Below are positions 10,571 through 20,062 of a stretch of 20,062 bases of DNA, in pieces. The DNA comes from a virus (Duplodnaviria; Heunggongvirae; Uroviricota; Caudoviricetes). Position numbers and translations under genes: made by a program. The stretch lies in the IMG/VR virus record IMGVR_UViG_2778261543_000001. One strand, written 5' to 3'. The stretch's first letter is position 1, and every line of letters starts with the position of its first letter. Below the pieces are notes generated by a model. The model did no database searches, was not told the origin of the DNA, and was given only the letters and a program-made list of their open reading frames with translations.

Positions 10571-11025
10571 TGATTCAGTTCAAACCAACGCGAAACATCG
10601 ACCTGATAGAAGCAGTCGGAAATCACCCTGACATCATCGCCGGGAGCAACAACGGTGATGGATACGACTACAAACCTGATTGCCGTTACTTTGAGGTGAA
10701 CGTGCACGGTCAGTTTGGCGGCATTGTTTACTATCAGGAGATTCAGCCGCTGACATTCGATTGCCACGCCATGTACCTGCCAGAGATTCGCGGATTCAGC
10801 AAGGAAATCGGGCTGGCGTTCTGGCGATACATTCTGACTAACACCACCGTTCAGTGCGTCACATCGTTCGCCGCACGCAAATTCCGCCACGGGCAGATTT
10901 ACTGCGCAATGATTGGCCTTAAGCGTGTCGGAACCATCAAGAAATACTTCAAAGGCGTGGATGACGTGACTTTTTACAGCGCCACACGCGAAGAACTAAT
11001 CGACTTCCTGAATCACGGGAGATAG
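10570..11025 (+). CDS. Protein in the P22 gene-14 position (151 aa); probable assembly or ejection-associated protein
   Basis: Start overlaps the gp26 stop (TAATG) with a GGAG site. It occupies the slot between tail needle and gp7 that gene 14 fills in P22. I do not recognise the sequence, so the call is positional only. Confidence 0.45.
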   Translation: MIQFKPTRNIDLIEAVGNHPDIIAGSNNGDGYDYKPDCRYFEVNVHGQFGGIVYYQEIQPLTFDCHAMYLPEIRGFSKEIGLAFWRYILTNTTVQCVTSFAARKFRHGQIYCAMIGLKRVGTIKKYFKGVDDVTFYSATREELIDFLNHGR

Positions 11026-11027
11026 CC

Positions 11028-11720
11028 ATGTTATATGCATTTAAGCTGGGCAGAAAACTGCGCGGCGAGGAACCTTATTGCCCTGAAAAAGGCGGGAAAG
11101 GTGGCAGCTCTGATAAAAGCGCAAAGTATGCAGCAGAAGCTCAGAAGTATGCCGCAGACCTGCAAAATCAGCAGTGGCAGACGATCATGAAAAACCTTGC
11201 TCCGTTCACGCCGCTTGCGGAGCAGTATGTTAACCAGCTTCAGAATCTTTCCAGTTTAGAAGGTCAGGGGCAGGCACTTAATCAGTATTACAATTCTCAG
11301 CAGTATAAAGACCTTGCAGGTCAGGCGCGTTACCAGAGTCTTGCTGCTGCGGAGGCGACGGGTGGACTTGGTTCGACAGCCACAAGCAATCAACTGGCTA
11401 CGATCGCGCCGACACTCGGTCAGTCTTGGTTATCAAACCAGATGAGCAATTACAACAATCTGGCAAACGTTGGGCTTGGTGCGCTGCAAGGTCAGGCAAA
11501 CGCCGGGCAGACGTACGCCAACAACATGAGCAGCATTGCACAGCAAAGCGCAGCTCTTGCCGCTGCTAATGCCAACAAACCATCAAGTCTTCAGACAGCA
11601 ATTAGTGGCGGAACGTCTGGTGCGATTGCCGGTGCAGGTCTTGCCAGCCTTTTGGGGACATCAACACCTTGGGGCGCTGGCATTGGTGCTGGTATCGGAT
11701 TGCTTGGCTCGTTGTTTTAA
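11028..11720 (+). CDS. 7: Ejection (internal virion) protein, P22 gp7 type (230 aa)
   Basis: 230 aa (P22 gp7 about 229 aa) at the expected position. Gln/Ala/Asn-rich with a Gly-rich hydrophobic C-terminus (GAIAGAGLASLLG...GIGAGIGLLGSLF), consistent with a membrane-inserting ejection protein. Confidence 0.7.
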   Translation: MLYAFKLGRKLRGEEPYCPEKGGKGGSSDKSAKYAAEAQKYAADLQNQQWQTIMKNLAPFTPLAEQYVNQLQNLSSLEGQGQALNQYYNSQQYKDLAGQARYQSLAAAEATGGLGSTATSNQLATIAPTLGQSWLSNQMSNYNNLANVGLGALQGQANAGQTYANNMSSIAQQSAALAAANANKPSSLQTAISGGTSGAIAGAGLASLLGTSTPWGAGIGAGIGLLGSLF

Positions 11721-11729
11721 GGGGTAATC

Positions 11730-13136
11730 ATGGCTACTTGGCAAGGATCAAATGGCGGATTGTTAGCTGGTATCGGCGGCGTCAACTCAAACGCTCCGAG
11801 CGTAAATGACATCGGCAATACGCTTCAGCTTATCAGGCAGAACAATGATATTGAGCGTTCAGGCGCTAACAATGTTGGGCTGACTGCTTTGCAAGGTCTT
11901 TCAGGTATTGCAGGGGTGTTTCAGCAGGAAAAGCAGGCTCAGCGGCAGAAAGAATTTCAGCAGGCGTACGCTAATGCTTATGCGTCTGGTGATCGCGGTG
12001 CTTTGCGTCAGTTGGCTACTCAATATCCAGACCAGATTGAATCCGTTCGTAAAGGCATGGGATTCATTGATGAAGACCAGCGCAATTCTATCGGCACCTT
12101 AGCGGCTGGCGCACGCCTTGCGGCCTCGTCTCCAGAAGCAATGCAATCATGGCTGCAAAACAACGCCAATGAGCTGGCGCGCGTCGGTGTTGACCCTAAT
12201 AACGTTGCTCAGATGTATCAGCAGAATCCTTCAGGATTTGGTGAGTTTGTTGATCACCTTGGGATGGCTGCTCTTGGTCCGATTGATTACTTCAATGTTC
12301 AGGACAAGATGGCAGGTCGTGAGATTGACCGAGGCAGGCTGGCAGAGACAATCCGCAGCAATCAGGCTGGTGAAGCACTTCAGGCGAGAGGGCAAAACCT
12401 TTCCTATCAGTCAGCAATGACTGGGCACAATATCGCAGCACAACGCTTGGCTCTGGATCAGCAAGAGTTCGGGTTTAAGATGCAGCAAGCGCAGGAAAAG
12501 GCTCAGCAGTTGATTAGCGAAGCACCTAAGCTGTCAGTAAACATGGAAAAAGGCATCGAGACGGCTGTAAACAATGCCACAGCATCATCAAACTCAGCCA
12601 ATTCCATGAGTGCGCTTGCTCAACAGTTCAGAGCAGAAAAACCAACGACCGGTTTGTTCGGTAACGCACAGAACATGTTCGCAAAACTTACCGGAAGCGA
12701 TACGACATTGCGTGATTTGCGCATTCGCCAAAATGCCCTTGTTAACAGTCAGGTTCTTAAATTCCTACCTCCCGGCCCAGCAACGGATAAAGACGTTGAG
12801 ATTGTTCGACAGGGTGCGCCAACTGACATGGATAACCCTGAGACGGTCGCAAGATGGCTTGATGCAATGGCAAACCTTGAGCGACGAAACGCGCAGTTTA
12901 ATGAGTTTAAAGCTGAGTGGATGAGCGCGAATGGCAACCCTGGACAATCGCGTAATGGCGGTCAGATATTGGGGTTGGATGTTAAAAAAGGTGAATCATT
13001 GGGGAGTGCCGTTAAGCGGTATATGTCAATGAATACTGACGCAGCGCCAGCACAAGATTCGACACCTTCAGGAGAACCACGGAATCAGGTTGGATCATAT
13101 ACCTCAAAATCAGGCATTCAATTTACGGTGGAATGA
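11730..13136 (+). CDS. 20: Ejection protein, P22 gp20 type (468 aa)
   Basis: 468 aa (P22 gp20 about 471 aa), in the conserved 7-20-16 order, with an AAGGGG site. Its stop overlaps the gp16 start. Confidence 0.7.
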   Translation: MATWQGSNGGLLAGIGGVNSNAPSVNDIGNTLQLIRQNNDIERSGANNVGLTALQGLSGIAGVFQQEKQAQRQKEFQQAYANAYASGDRGALRQLATQYPDQIESVRKGMGFIDEDQRNSIGTLAAGARLAASSPEAMQSWLQNNANELARVGVDPNNVAQMYQQNPSGFGEFVDHLGMAALGPIDYFNVQDKMAGREIDRGRLAETIRSNQAGEALQARGQNLSYQSAMTGHNIAAQRLALDQQEFGFKMQQAQEKAQQLISEAPKLSVNMEKGIETAVNNATASSNSANSMSALAQQFRAEKPTTGLFGNAQNMFAKLTGSDTTLRDLRIRQNALVNSQVLKFLPPGPATDKDVEIVRQGAPTDMDNPETVARWLDAMANLERRNAQFNEFKAEWMSANGNPGQSRNGGQILGLDVKKGESLGSAVKRYMSMNTDAAPAQDSTPSGEPRNQVGSYTSKSGIQFTVE

Positions 13137-14977
13137 TGAAAGTAACTGCAAACGGTAAGACATTTACCTTTCCTGATGGTACGAGCACCGAAGATATTGG
13201 CACCGCCATTGATGAGTATTTTGCTGGTCAGGCTGTTCAGCAACAAACAGTTAATCAGGCCAATAATGCACCAACACGGGAAGAACCATCATTGATGCAA
13301 CAAGCTGGCGATTGGCTCACTGGTGGTCAAAGTGCAGGGCAAATTGCGGAACAGGCTGGTCGTGGTCTGGTAAACATACCATTTGACGTATTGCAGGGCG
13401 GCGCAAGTCTGATTAATGCAATCAGTCAGGGGCTTGGTGGACCCAAGGTTTTGGATGATGTTTATCGTCCAGTAGACAGACCGACAGACCCCTACGCTCA
13501 AGCTGGAGAAACAATTGGCGGGTATTTAGTTCCAGGAGTTGGAACGGCAGGAAGCATGGCTATTGGATCACTGGCAGAGGCCGCAAATCAGAAAGGTGAT
13601 TTCGCACAAAATGCAGCTAAAAATGCCGGAGTTAACCTTGCCGCTCAGGGTGTTCTTTCCGCAGCAGCAAAGGGAATAGGGCGTGGAATAACGGCTATAA
13701 AAGGTGATATTGCGCCAGAAGTGGCAAAGAAAATTGCCACATCAGAATCGATGGGCGTGACACCAATGACATCTGATGTTATCCCGCCGAAAAATGCTTT
13801 CACTCGCGGACTTACTCAGGATGCTGAGGGGGCTTTGCTCGGGACAGGCTCAAAGCGAGCGGAGCAATATGCAACGCGTAGTAAGCTGGTAAGCAATTAT
13901 TTTGACCGTTTTGGTGAGTACAACCCTGATGATGTGGTGAAATCTCTGACCACCACGTTAAGGGGACGGAAGGATGCCGCTGGCGCTGTTATCAATGACG
14001 TCACCAATAAAATGGGTAATGCCGCAGTTGATACCACAAATACCATGAATGCTCTGAATACAGCGATCGCAAGACAGGAACGGCTTGGGACGTCTGCCAA
14101 TCAAAGCCTGCTTACATCCTTGCGTAACCTACGTGAAGAATTAGCAAACCCTGCAACTGATTTGGATGTTACGTTTGATCTCTTGCGTCAGCACAGAACA
14201 GCATTTAGATCTAATGTTCAGGGAGATGCTATGGTCTTCCCCAACCAGGCAAAAGCAGCTACCAATATGGTAGAGAATGCAATGTCAAAAGACCTTCGTA
14301 ACGCAGTTGCAAAAAACCTCGGTGCATCAGACGCAGCAAAATACCTTAAAGCAAATTCCGATTATGCAAACGTTTATAATAAGGTTCTTAATAAAAACAT
14401 TGCTAACAAGCTCAACAAGGCAAGCAGTGAAGCCAGTCCTGAACTTATAAATACCGTTGTATTAAGCAGAAAACCATCTGACGTGAAACGAATCTGGAGC
14501 GCACTGGATGATAAAGGGAAAGATGCTATGCGTGCAGCTTACGTCAGCAAAATAGCGGAAAAGGCCGGTGACTCTCCAGCCAAGTTCATCACTGAAGTTA
14601 ATAAGCTGAAATCTCAGTCAGGTGGTGAAATTTACAACACTATTTTTTCTGGAAAGCACATGAAAGAGCTTGATGCTCTTCATGAAGTTCTACAGCAAAC
14701 AGCAAGGTCAGACACCGCAAATGTAGTAACTCAGACGGGGCAATCGCAAGCCAACAGGATAAGGACGATTGGCGCAACTGCGACTCTTGGCGTATCAATG
14801 GGGCTTGAGGCTGGTTTCGGTGCAATGATGCGCTTGTATGAATCCAAAGCAGCAAGGAATGCGCTCTTACGTCTGGCAAACACCAAAGCTGGAACGCCAG
14901 CTTATGAAAGAGCGCTAAATAATGCTGCAAATGCGATACGTCCTATACTTTCAAGCCAAATTACAGCAGAACAATAG
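13133..14977 (+). CDS. 16: Ejection protein, P22 gp16 type (614 aa)
   Basis: 614 aa (P22 gp16 about 609 aa). It is the last gene of the 7-20-16 block and starts in the ATGATG at 13133-13138, which contains the gp20 stop (TGA, 13134-13136). Confidence 0.7.
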   Translation: MMKVTANGKTFTFPDGTSTEDIGTAIDEYFAGQAVQQQTVNQANNAPTREEPSLMQQAGDWLTGGQSAGQIAEQAGRGLVNIPFDVLQGGASLINAISQGLGGPKVLDDVYRPVDRPTDPYAQAGETIGGYLVPGVGTAGSMAIGSLAEAANQKGDFAQNAAKNAGVNLAAQGVLSAAAKGIGRGITAIKGDIAPEVAKKIATSESMGVTPMTSDVIPPKNAFTRGLTQDAEGALLGTGSKRAEQYATRSKLVSNYFDRFGEYNPDDVVKSLTTTLRGRKDAAGAVINDVTNKMGNAAVDTTNTMNALNTAIARQERLGTSANQSLLTSLRNLREELANPATDLDVTFDLLRQHRTAFRSNVQGDAMVFPNQAKAATNMVENAMSKDLRNAVAKNLGASDAAKYLKANSDYANVYNKVLNKNIANKLNKASSEASPELINTVVLSRKPSDVKRIWSALDDKGKDAMRAAYVSKIAEKAGDSPAKFITEVNKLKSQSGGEIYNTIFSGKHMKELDALHEVLQQTARSDTANVVTQTGQSQANRIRTIGATATLGVSMGLEAGFGAMMRLYESKAARNALLRLANTKAGTPAYERALNNAANAIRPILSSQITAEQ

Positions 14978-15026
14978 ATAAATAATTAACTAAGCACATA
15001 ACTACTGACAGATAACCAACGCAACG

Positions 15027-15050
15027 ACCCAGCTTCGGCTGGTTTTTTTA
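15027..15050 (+). terminator. Rho-independent terminator between gp16 and the tailspike gene
   Basis: CCAGC-TTCG-GCTGG hairpin (15029-15042) followed by a run of seven T, about 50 nt after the gp16 stop. Confidence 0.6.
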
Positions 15051-15107
15051 TGCCCAAAATTCACCGTAGCCACGCTGCGGCGTTTCCTTGTATCTGGAGC
15101 AAATTAA

Positions 15108-17057
15108 ATGACAGACATTACAGCCAATGTTGTAATTGGGATGCCTTCGCAACTCTTCACTATGGCTCGTTCTTTTAAAGCCGTAGCCAATGGCAAAATT
15201 TATATCGGTAAAATTGACACTGACCCGGTAAATCCTGAAAACCAGATTCCGGTTTATATAGAGAACGAAGACGGTTCTCACGTTCCTGTTTCGCAACCAA
15301 TTATCATTAACGCTGCTGGTTATCCTGTATATAACGGGCAGATTGCCAAGTTCGTAACTGTGCAAGGCCATTCTATGGCTGTTTATGATGCATACGGTGC
15401 TCAGCAGTTTTATTTTCCGAATGTTCTGAAGTACGATCCTGACAGATTGCGACAGGATTTAGCGCTTCCAACAGGCGCTGAGCTTGTAGGCGTGCAACCA
15501 CAAGGAAATCTTTCGCAAGTCATTCAGTTTGTATCTCCAGAGCAGTTTGGCGCCATCGGAGATGGTACGGTTCATCCATTATCTGAGCGTTATGCGACTC
15601 TTGCAGCAGCGCAGGCTGTATACCCATTCGTAACATCTCTGACCCAGACAATTGACTGGGCAGCGTGTCAGGCGGCTGAGAACTATGCGCGTGGTAAAAC
15701 AGCGGTAAGATGCCCTTTCTACGCCAAGTATCATCTTGGCAACAATTATCTTGAGCTAAGCGAGAAAAGTAAATGGTATGGCAATGACAATCCCACTATA
15801 GATCGCCCATGCACCACTATCATACGAGAGGGAAATGCTGGCAGCTTCGGAAGAAATGCAATCGTCCGCGTTATGAGCTCTAGCGAAGCAGGAAGTTCGG
15901 ATGAATTTGTTCGCGGAGTCGTTTTCAAAGGTTTCTATTTATCTAGAAACCGCCCTCGTCGATTTAACAGCAAGTATGAAGGGTCAATAGGCTTTCATGT
16001 TAACTTTGCAATTAGAGCAGATATCGACGTGGCAATAAGCGGCTGTGAATATGGCCTTTTTGGCTATGGGTGCTGGGGACTGGTTGGTAGGGTTCGCGTG
16101 GATTCATGCCATAAATCTATTTGGCTGGATCCTGACACCGCAACTCCAGAGCATACCAACCCAGGCGGTTCAATAACGGCTCTTGATTTACGCGTAGAGG
16201 TGGATGCATGCGTCTACGGACCAGTGCTTCGACATGTGCAATATAGTAGAATTTCTGGATGGGTCGAAGGAATGCTTATTGATTCCGCAGTATACCCAAT
16301 CTATGACTACACCAACGAAACAGCTATAGCTATTACGGCATATGGATGCGATGGTTTAGATATAGAAAATCTAGGAATTGAAGCCTGGCAGGGAGTGATG
16401 GTTTACGCCAATTCCAGTACAGTATCCACTGGGATAAAATGGAATCAAGGAGCATTACTAACAAATACAACCGGTAAACACGGGCCATACCAGGCCATGG
16501 CAGCACTTACTGGCGCAACAGAATTGTTCACTTTACCATCGACTAACAACTCATATTTCTATGCAAAAAGTGGAGGCCTACTTAAGTTAAGAAATATGAC
16601 AGGAGATATGTCGACCGCTTCTTTCGCAAATACATTCCTTGTTACGGTTGATGCTGACTCTCGATTCTTAATGGAGAATACTGGCATTTACTTTGGAAGT
16701 AGTCGACTAATTGCCCCCGGCAATTGGGAGAATATTGAATTTATCAACGATAGATTCATGCAGAACTATATGGTGCCAGCTGGGTACTCATATGAAGGAC
16801 GCGGTATTTGTACTGCTAGCGCATGGTCAAACAAGACGATAAATGCCGGCGATGGTAGGGTTACACTTGATGCCCCTACTGGGTGGAAAATTATTGATTT
16901 TGTGGCCTACGTAATAACAAGCACCATATCACAAACTAGAAGCTACTCTCCTGTAGGAGTTGTATCCACATCAGATACGCGGATTATTCTGCAGACTGGT
17001 GTGGACACTACAGGTTTTTCTGTAACCTACAAACTAAGACTAAAGGTAATAAAGTAG
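15108..17057 (+). CDS. 9: Tailspike protein (649 aa): P22 gp9-like N-terminal head-binding domain fused to an unrecognised receptor-binding domain
   Basis: The first ~110 aa ([11 protein letters not shown]...[36 protein letters not shown]...[12 protein letters not shown]) match the recalled P22 gp9 head-binding domain. The rest has no resemblance to the P22 endorhamnosidase domain, though its Gly/Asn/Ser/Thr-rich repetitive composition would suit a beta-helix fold. TGGAG site upstream. Confidence 0.9.
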   Translation: MTDITANVVIGMPSQLFTMARSFKAVANGKIYIGKIDTDPVNPENQIPVYIENEDGSHVPVSQPIIINAAGYPVYNGQIAKFVTVQGHSMAVYDAYGAQQFYFPNVLKYDPDRLRQDLALPTGAELVGVQPQGNLSQVIQFVSPEQFGAIGDGTVHPLSERYATLAAAQAVYPFVTSLTQTIDWAACQAAENYARGKTAVRCPFYAKYHLGNNYLELSEKSKWYGNDNPTIDRPCTTIIREGNAGSFGRNAIVRVMSSSEAGSSDEFVRGVVFKGFYLSRNRPRRFNSKYEGSIGFHVNFAIRADIDVAISGCEYGLFGYGCWGLVGRVRVDSCHKSIWLDPDTATPEHTNPGGSITALDLRVEVDACVYGPVLRHVQYSRISGWVEGMLIDSAVYPIYDYTNETAIAITAYGCDGLDIENLGIEAWQGVMVYANSSTVSTGIKWNQGALLTNTTGKHGPYQAMAALTGATELFTLPSTNNSYFYAKSGGLLKLRNMTGDMSTASFANTFLVTVDADSRFLMENTGIYFGSSRLIAPGNWENIEFINDRFMQNYMVPAGYSYEGRGICTASAWSNKTINAGDGRVTLDAPTGWKIIDFVAYVITSTISQTRSYSPVGVVSTSDTRIILQTGVDTTGFSVTYKLRLKVIK

Positions 17058-17061
17058 AGTG

Positions 17062-17086
17062 AAAGCCCCTTACGGGGCTTTTTTAT
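17062..17086. terminator. Terminator hairpin between the convergent tailspike and gtrC-like genes
   Basis: AAAGCCCC-TTAC-GGGGCTTT hairpin (17062-17081) with a T-run to 17086, 5 nt after the tailspike stop and overlapping the stop of the - strand gene. The T-tract follows only on the + strand, so termination of the minus-strand gtr transcript is less certain. Confidence 0.6.
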
Positions 17087-18603
17087 ATGCCTGTTTTTAT
17101 TCTGTGGTTGTAAACCATTATTATCATGCCATTGTAACTTAGAACTTCATCAGGACTGCCAATAGTAGCCTCGACTCCTTTCCTACATAAATCTATGTCT
17201 GCGCACTGATCTCCAGTATTGCCCTTCCTTAAAGCTATGAACTGTCGTTCAGGTTTTGATTCTACAAATTCATTTGTGTGCCAAAACTTCATTGTTTGAA
17301 CGCGGGCATCCTTGAAGTTGATAACCCCTGTTTTTTTATGAAAGTAAACAGGGGTTATATGTATGTCTCCGCCAGACAGCCAATTCACGCCCATAGACAT
17401 CCCCCAAAAACTACCATATCCGTAAGTAAGATCATGATGCTTAAGGAAGTCTATATATGAATTGACAGGGTTATCGTTAAGCTTGTAGCGAATATTCATT
17501 AATGAGTAGCCATAAATGCACGTAGCAAAACTTAACAGCAAAGGAATTACTAATAATATAGCTCGTTTAGAAGATGCTGCTACTGACAATAGCACGATCA
17601 CCATTGGGGCAATATTAAGATAAAATCTTTGATGGGGAGTTTGATCACCTATTATTGAAGATGAGTATATTCCTGCTATAGACATGATTGAAAATATTGC
17701 AATGTAGCGAGCCGCACCGCCTCGCTTTATGCATATGAACACGGCATATAAGCATGTAATAGACCATGTAAAAAATATTGCATACCTGAAATACTCGTTG
17801 CCTATATTCGTTATTGGCAACATCTTGGCTGTGATATCAACAGCAAGCCTGGCATTATCAAGCATAACATCAAAAGGTGCCAAGTGGAAAGAGTGAACAG
17901 GAAGACCTATAATCTTTTGAATTACATTTGAGAAAGCCAATGCAAAAAACACAAAGTATATAATGAAATTTCTTTTTGTGGTTTTCTCAAAAACGATGAT
18001 AGCACACTCAGTAATTATCATTGGTAGGAAAAAAGCCGCCAGAAGCCATGGATCAGACGCGCTCGCTAGCAGCGAAATCAAAGAGCATACAAACGGTATA
18101 AATATGTTTTTGCTTTTTAAGCTTAACACAAACAAAGAAAAAACTACGAACCCATACGCATTAGTAGAGTTATGCGAAAATGGGTGTGAGAAATAACCGT
18201 GTCTGTATAGGTCTGGAGAAACAAATGTTATGCATATTAAAGCAATTAAAGCTAGATAGTTACCTGAACATGACCTAACCATTTCTGTTACGCATGCTGT
18301 GATAACAAAAATAAATATTGCGCTTGATATCACTAATGGCAACAGACCATCATCACCGAGCAGTAAAAACAAAGCAAAGTTTACTGGATAAACTGTAAAA
18401 TACCAGTTATCAAATGTTGGTTGCCATTGAGTAAAAGAACTCCATCCACTGTCCAGGAATGCCCTCCAAACTATTGGGCTATTGGCGGCATCTGCATCCC
18501 CTGACCATAAGTAGCTGTGTCGCGATGTAAGATAAAGAGACACGCAAAAAGATGCGAGATATAAAAAACACCAAAAAGCTCTGCTATCAGATATCCTATT
18601 CAT
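17083..18603 (-). CDS. GtrC-like serotype-specific O-antigen glucosyltransferase (polytopic inner-membrane protein, 506 aa); specificity unknown
   Basis: Third gene of a gtrA-gtrB-gtrX arrangement, with its start overlapping the gtrB stop (ATGA). The protein is very hydrophobic with many predicted membrane spans and a ~130-aa hydrophilic C-terminal domain. AT-rich codon usage. I do not recognise it as a specific named Gtr type. Confidence 0.7.
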   Translation of the reverse strand: MNRISDSRAFWCFLYLASFCVSLYLTSRHSYLWSGDADAANSPIVWRAFLDSGWSSFTQWQPTFDNWYFTVYPVNFALFLLLGDDGLLPLVISSAIFIFVITACVTEMVRSCSGNYLALIALICITFVSPDLYRHGYFSHPFSHNSTNAYGFVVFSLFVLSLKSKNIFIPFVCSLISLLASASDPWLLAAFFLPMIITECAIIVFEKTTKRNFIIYFVFFALAFSNVIQKIIGLPVHSFHLAPFDVMLDNARLAVDITAKMLPITNIGNEYFRYAIFFTWSITCLYAVFICIKRGGAARYIAIFSIMSIAGIYSSSIIGDQTPHQRFYLNIAPMVIVLLSVAASSKRAILLVIPLLLSFATCIYGYSLMNIRYKLNDNPVNSYIDFLKHHDLTYGYGSFWGMSMGVNWLSGGDIHITPVYFHKKTGVINFKDARVQTMKFWHTNEFVESKPERQFIALRKGNTGDQCADIDLCRKGVEATIGSPDEVLSYNGMIIMVYNHRIKTGI

Positions 18604-19523
18604 GATTTACTAACACCCTTTAATATATAACGAGGCCTATTTTTGGACTCAACATATATCCTGCCAATGTACTCACCAAGAACGCCAATGCCAATCAATT
18701 GAACCCCGCCAAGGAACAGAATAGAGACAAGCAGGGATGGATATCCACGCACAGCATTGCCGAAGGCCAGTGTGTCGATAATCATCCAAGCACCGTACAG
18801 AAACGCCACTCCAGCTACGAACAGGCCAATGTAAGTCCACATGCGCAACGGGAAAGTAGAGAAGCTTGTGATCCCCTCAAGTGCCAGGTTCCACAGTTTC
18901 CATCCATTAAATTTAGTACTGCCTGCCACTCGTTCTGCGCGTGCATACTCGACAACATCTGTGCGACCGCCAACCCAACTCAGCACACCTTTCATAAAAA
19001 GGTTGCGCTCTGGCATAAGCTTAATGTTTTCGACAACTTCACGGCTCATTAACCGGAAATCGCCAACGTTTTCTTCTATCTTTGGGTTGCTGATTTTGTT
19101 ATGAAGCTTATAGAACCACTCAGCAGATTTACGTTTTAGTCGGCTGTCAGTTGAGCGATCAGAGCGCTTAGCAAGAACCATATCCGCGCCGGCCTGCCAC
19201 TTCTCAATAAGATGAGGGATGACTTCAATCGGGTCCTGCAGGTCAACGTCAATTGGAATTACAGCCTCTCCGGTTGCATGTTCTAACCCTGCAAACAATG
19301 CTGGTTCTTTACCAAAGTTGCGTGTAAATGACAGTGGAACAACCAGCGGGTCTGAAACAGCCAGAGCATTAATAATTGACTCCGTAGCGTCTTTACTTCC
19401 GTCATTTATGAATACAATTTCCACTTCATATGGCTTCAACTCTTCGAATTCACGTACCGTTTTATAGAAAATTGGTATCGCTTCTTCTTCATTGAGGACA
19501 GGAACAACCAGAGATATCTTCAT
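18600..19523 (-). CDS. gtrB: Bactoprenol glucosyltransferase GtrB (GT2 family, 307 aa)
   Basis: N-terminal GT2 fold signature ([14 protein letters not shown]...INDGSKD...) with a DxD-type motif (PIDVDLQDP) and two C-terminal hydrophobic helices, as in GtrB. Flanked by gtrA and the gtrC-like gene with ATGA overlaps. Confidence 0.9.
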   Translation of the reverse strand: MKISLVVPVLNEEEAIPIFYKTVREFEELKPYEVEIVFINDGSKDATESIINALAVSDPLVVPLSFTRNFGKEPALFAGLEHATGEAVIPIDVDLQDPIEVIPHLIEKWQAGADMVLAKRSDRSTDSRLKRKSAEWFYKLHNKISNPKIEENVGDFRLMSREVVENIKLMPERNLFMKGVLSWVGGRTDVVEYARAERVAGSTKFNGWKLWNLALEGITSFSTFPLRMWTYIGLFVAGVAFLYGAWMIIDTLAFGNAVRGYPSLLVSILFLGGVQLIGIGVLGEYIGRIYVESKNRPRYILKGVSKS

Positions 19524-19882
19524 TTCGCATTCCTAAAGACAATGAGCTTTGAATAGACGAAACCGCACACCAGGCTGATGGCGGAGAAAGTGATAAGGGT
19601 GACCATTGGAGGAAGTGCACATCTATCAGCAGCCCATCCAATAGTTGCACTCAGTGTTCCCATGAACCCGACATATAACATGTAGCGCATCGTTGTAGTT
19701 GATGCTTTGAATGTGAATTTTGCATTCGCGAAGAAGCTAAAACTCACAGCCACAACAAAACCTGCGAAGTTTGCCAGAGCCTGATTGGTATGCGCGGCAT
19801 AGATACATACACCAAAAACCACCCAGTGTATAAGTGTGTTCAGCACGCCAATCGAGGTGTACTTTGCAAATAGCTTTAACAT
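19520..19882 (-). CDS. gtrA: GtrA, small membrane protein (flippase for undecaprenyl-phosphate glucose), 120 aa
   Basis: 120 aa with four hydrophobic segments, first gene of the operon, typical GtrA size and position. Confidence 0.85.
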   Translation of the reverse strand: MLKLFAKYTSIGVLNTLIHWVVFGVCIYAAHTNQALANFAGFVVAVSFSFFANAKFTFKASTTTMRYMLYVGFMGTLSATIGWAADRCALPPMVTLITFSAISLVCGFVYSKLIVFRNAK

Positions 19883-19920
19883 TTCTTCTATCAGCTAATA
19901 ATCAAAGGCATGAAGTCTAT

Positions 19921-20062
19921 TGGATTTGCCCCTATATTTCCAGACACCTGTTATCACTTAACCCATTACTGGCTTGCTGCCGTAGATATTCCCGTGGCGA
20001 GCGATAACCCAGTGCACTATGCGGATGCCATTCGTTATAATGCTCGAACGCCTCTGCAAGGT
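19921..20062 (-). mobile_element. IS2 insertion sequence, right terminal inverted repeat plus 3' end of the transposase gene; truncated by the window edge
   Basis: 19921-19961 (TGGATTTGCCCCTATATTTCCAGACACCTGTTATCACTTAA) matches the IS2 right inverted repeat as I recall it, with one mismatch. The adjoining minus-strand reading frame ends in a typical IS2 transposase C-terminus. Confidence 0.8.
19932..20062 (-). CDS. insD: IS2 transposase (orfB/InsD) C-terminal fragment; 5' part lies outside the window
   Basis: Minus-strand translation from the window edge reads ...[42 protein letters not shown], with the stop at 19932-19934. This is the conserved IS3-family integrase-fold C-terminus and matches the recalled IS2 InsD tail. 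Confidence 0.75.
   Translation of the reverse strand, partial: LAEAFEHYNEWHPHSALGYRSPREYLRQQASNGLSDNRCLEI

Noticed and set aside
10165-10890. Minus-strand ORFs 10165..10512 and 10513..10890 opposite the tail needle and gp14-position genes
   Set aside because: They are entirely antisense to strongly supported late-operon genes and are typical spurious ORFs.
15048-15371. Minus-strand 107-aa ORF overlapping the tailspike start
   Set aside because: It is antisense to the conserved tailspike head-binding domain and to the terminator, with no ribosome-binding site or recognisable product.
17278-19467. Plus-strand ORFs opposite the gtr genes (17278..17460, 17963..18196, 18699..19052, 18841..19104, 19219..19467)
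   Set aside because: They are antisense to the contiguous gtrA-gtrB-gtrC-like operon, which has coupled ATGA junctions and coherent membrane-protein products.
19883-19920. Possible phage attachment site or integrase between gtrA and the IS2 end
   Set aside because: In P22 the gtr operon lies next to attP and int, but here only 38 bp of non-IS sequence follow gtrA before the IS2 repeat. No core or integrase sequence can be identified within the window.
1-20062. CRISPR arrays, tRNA or rRNA genes
   Set aside because: I found no spaced direct-repeat array, no cloverleaf-like tRNA candidate and no rRNA-like sequence. Coding density is near-continuous.

Overview
This window is almost entirely the virion-assembly (late) region of a P22-like temperate podovirus prophage of Enterobacteriaceae, followed by an O-antigen glucosylation operon and the edge of an IS2 element. 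On the + strand the order is: three small unknown ORFs, small terminase (with an embedded P22-type pac sequence), large terminase, portal, scaffold, coat, an acidic unknown protein, gp4, gp10, tail needle gp26 with a long C-terminal extension, a gp14-position protein, ejection proteins gp7/gp20/gp16, and a tailspike. The tailspike keeps a P22-like N-terminal head-binding domain but has an unrecognised receptor-binding domain. Convergent on the - strand are gtrA, gtrB and a large GtrC-like membrane protein. An IS2 right end lies 38 bp upstream of gtrA and runs off the window. All protein identifications rest on recalled similarity to phage P22 and on size and gene order; no database search was run. 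I do not see a recognisable defence or other multi-gene novel system. The best candidates for undescribed biology are the acidic protein between coat and gp4, the tailspike receptor-binding domain with its paired GtrC-like enzyme, and the IS2-remodelled gtr control region.
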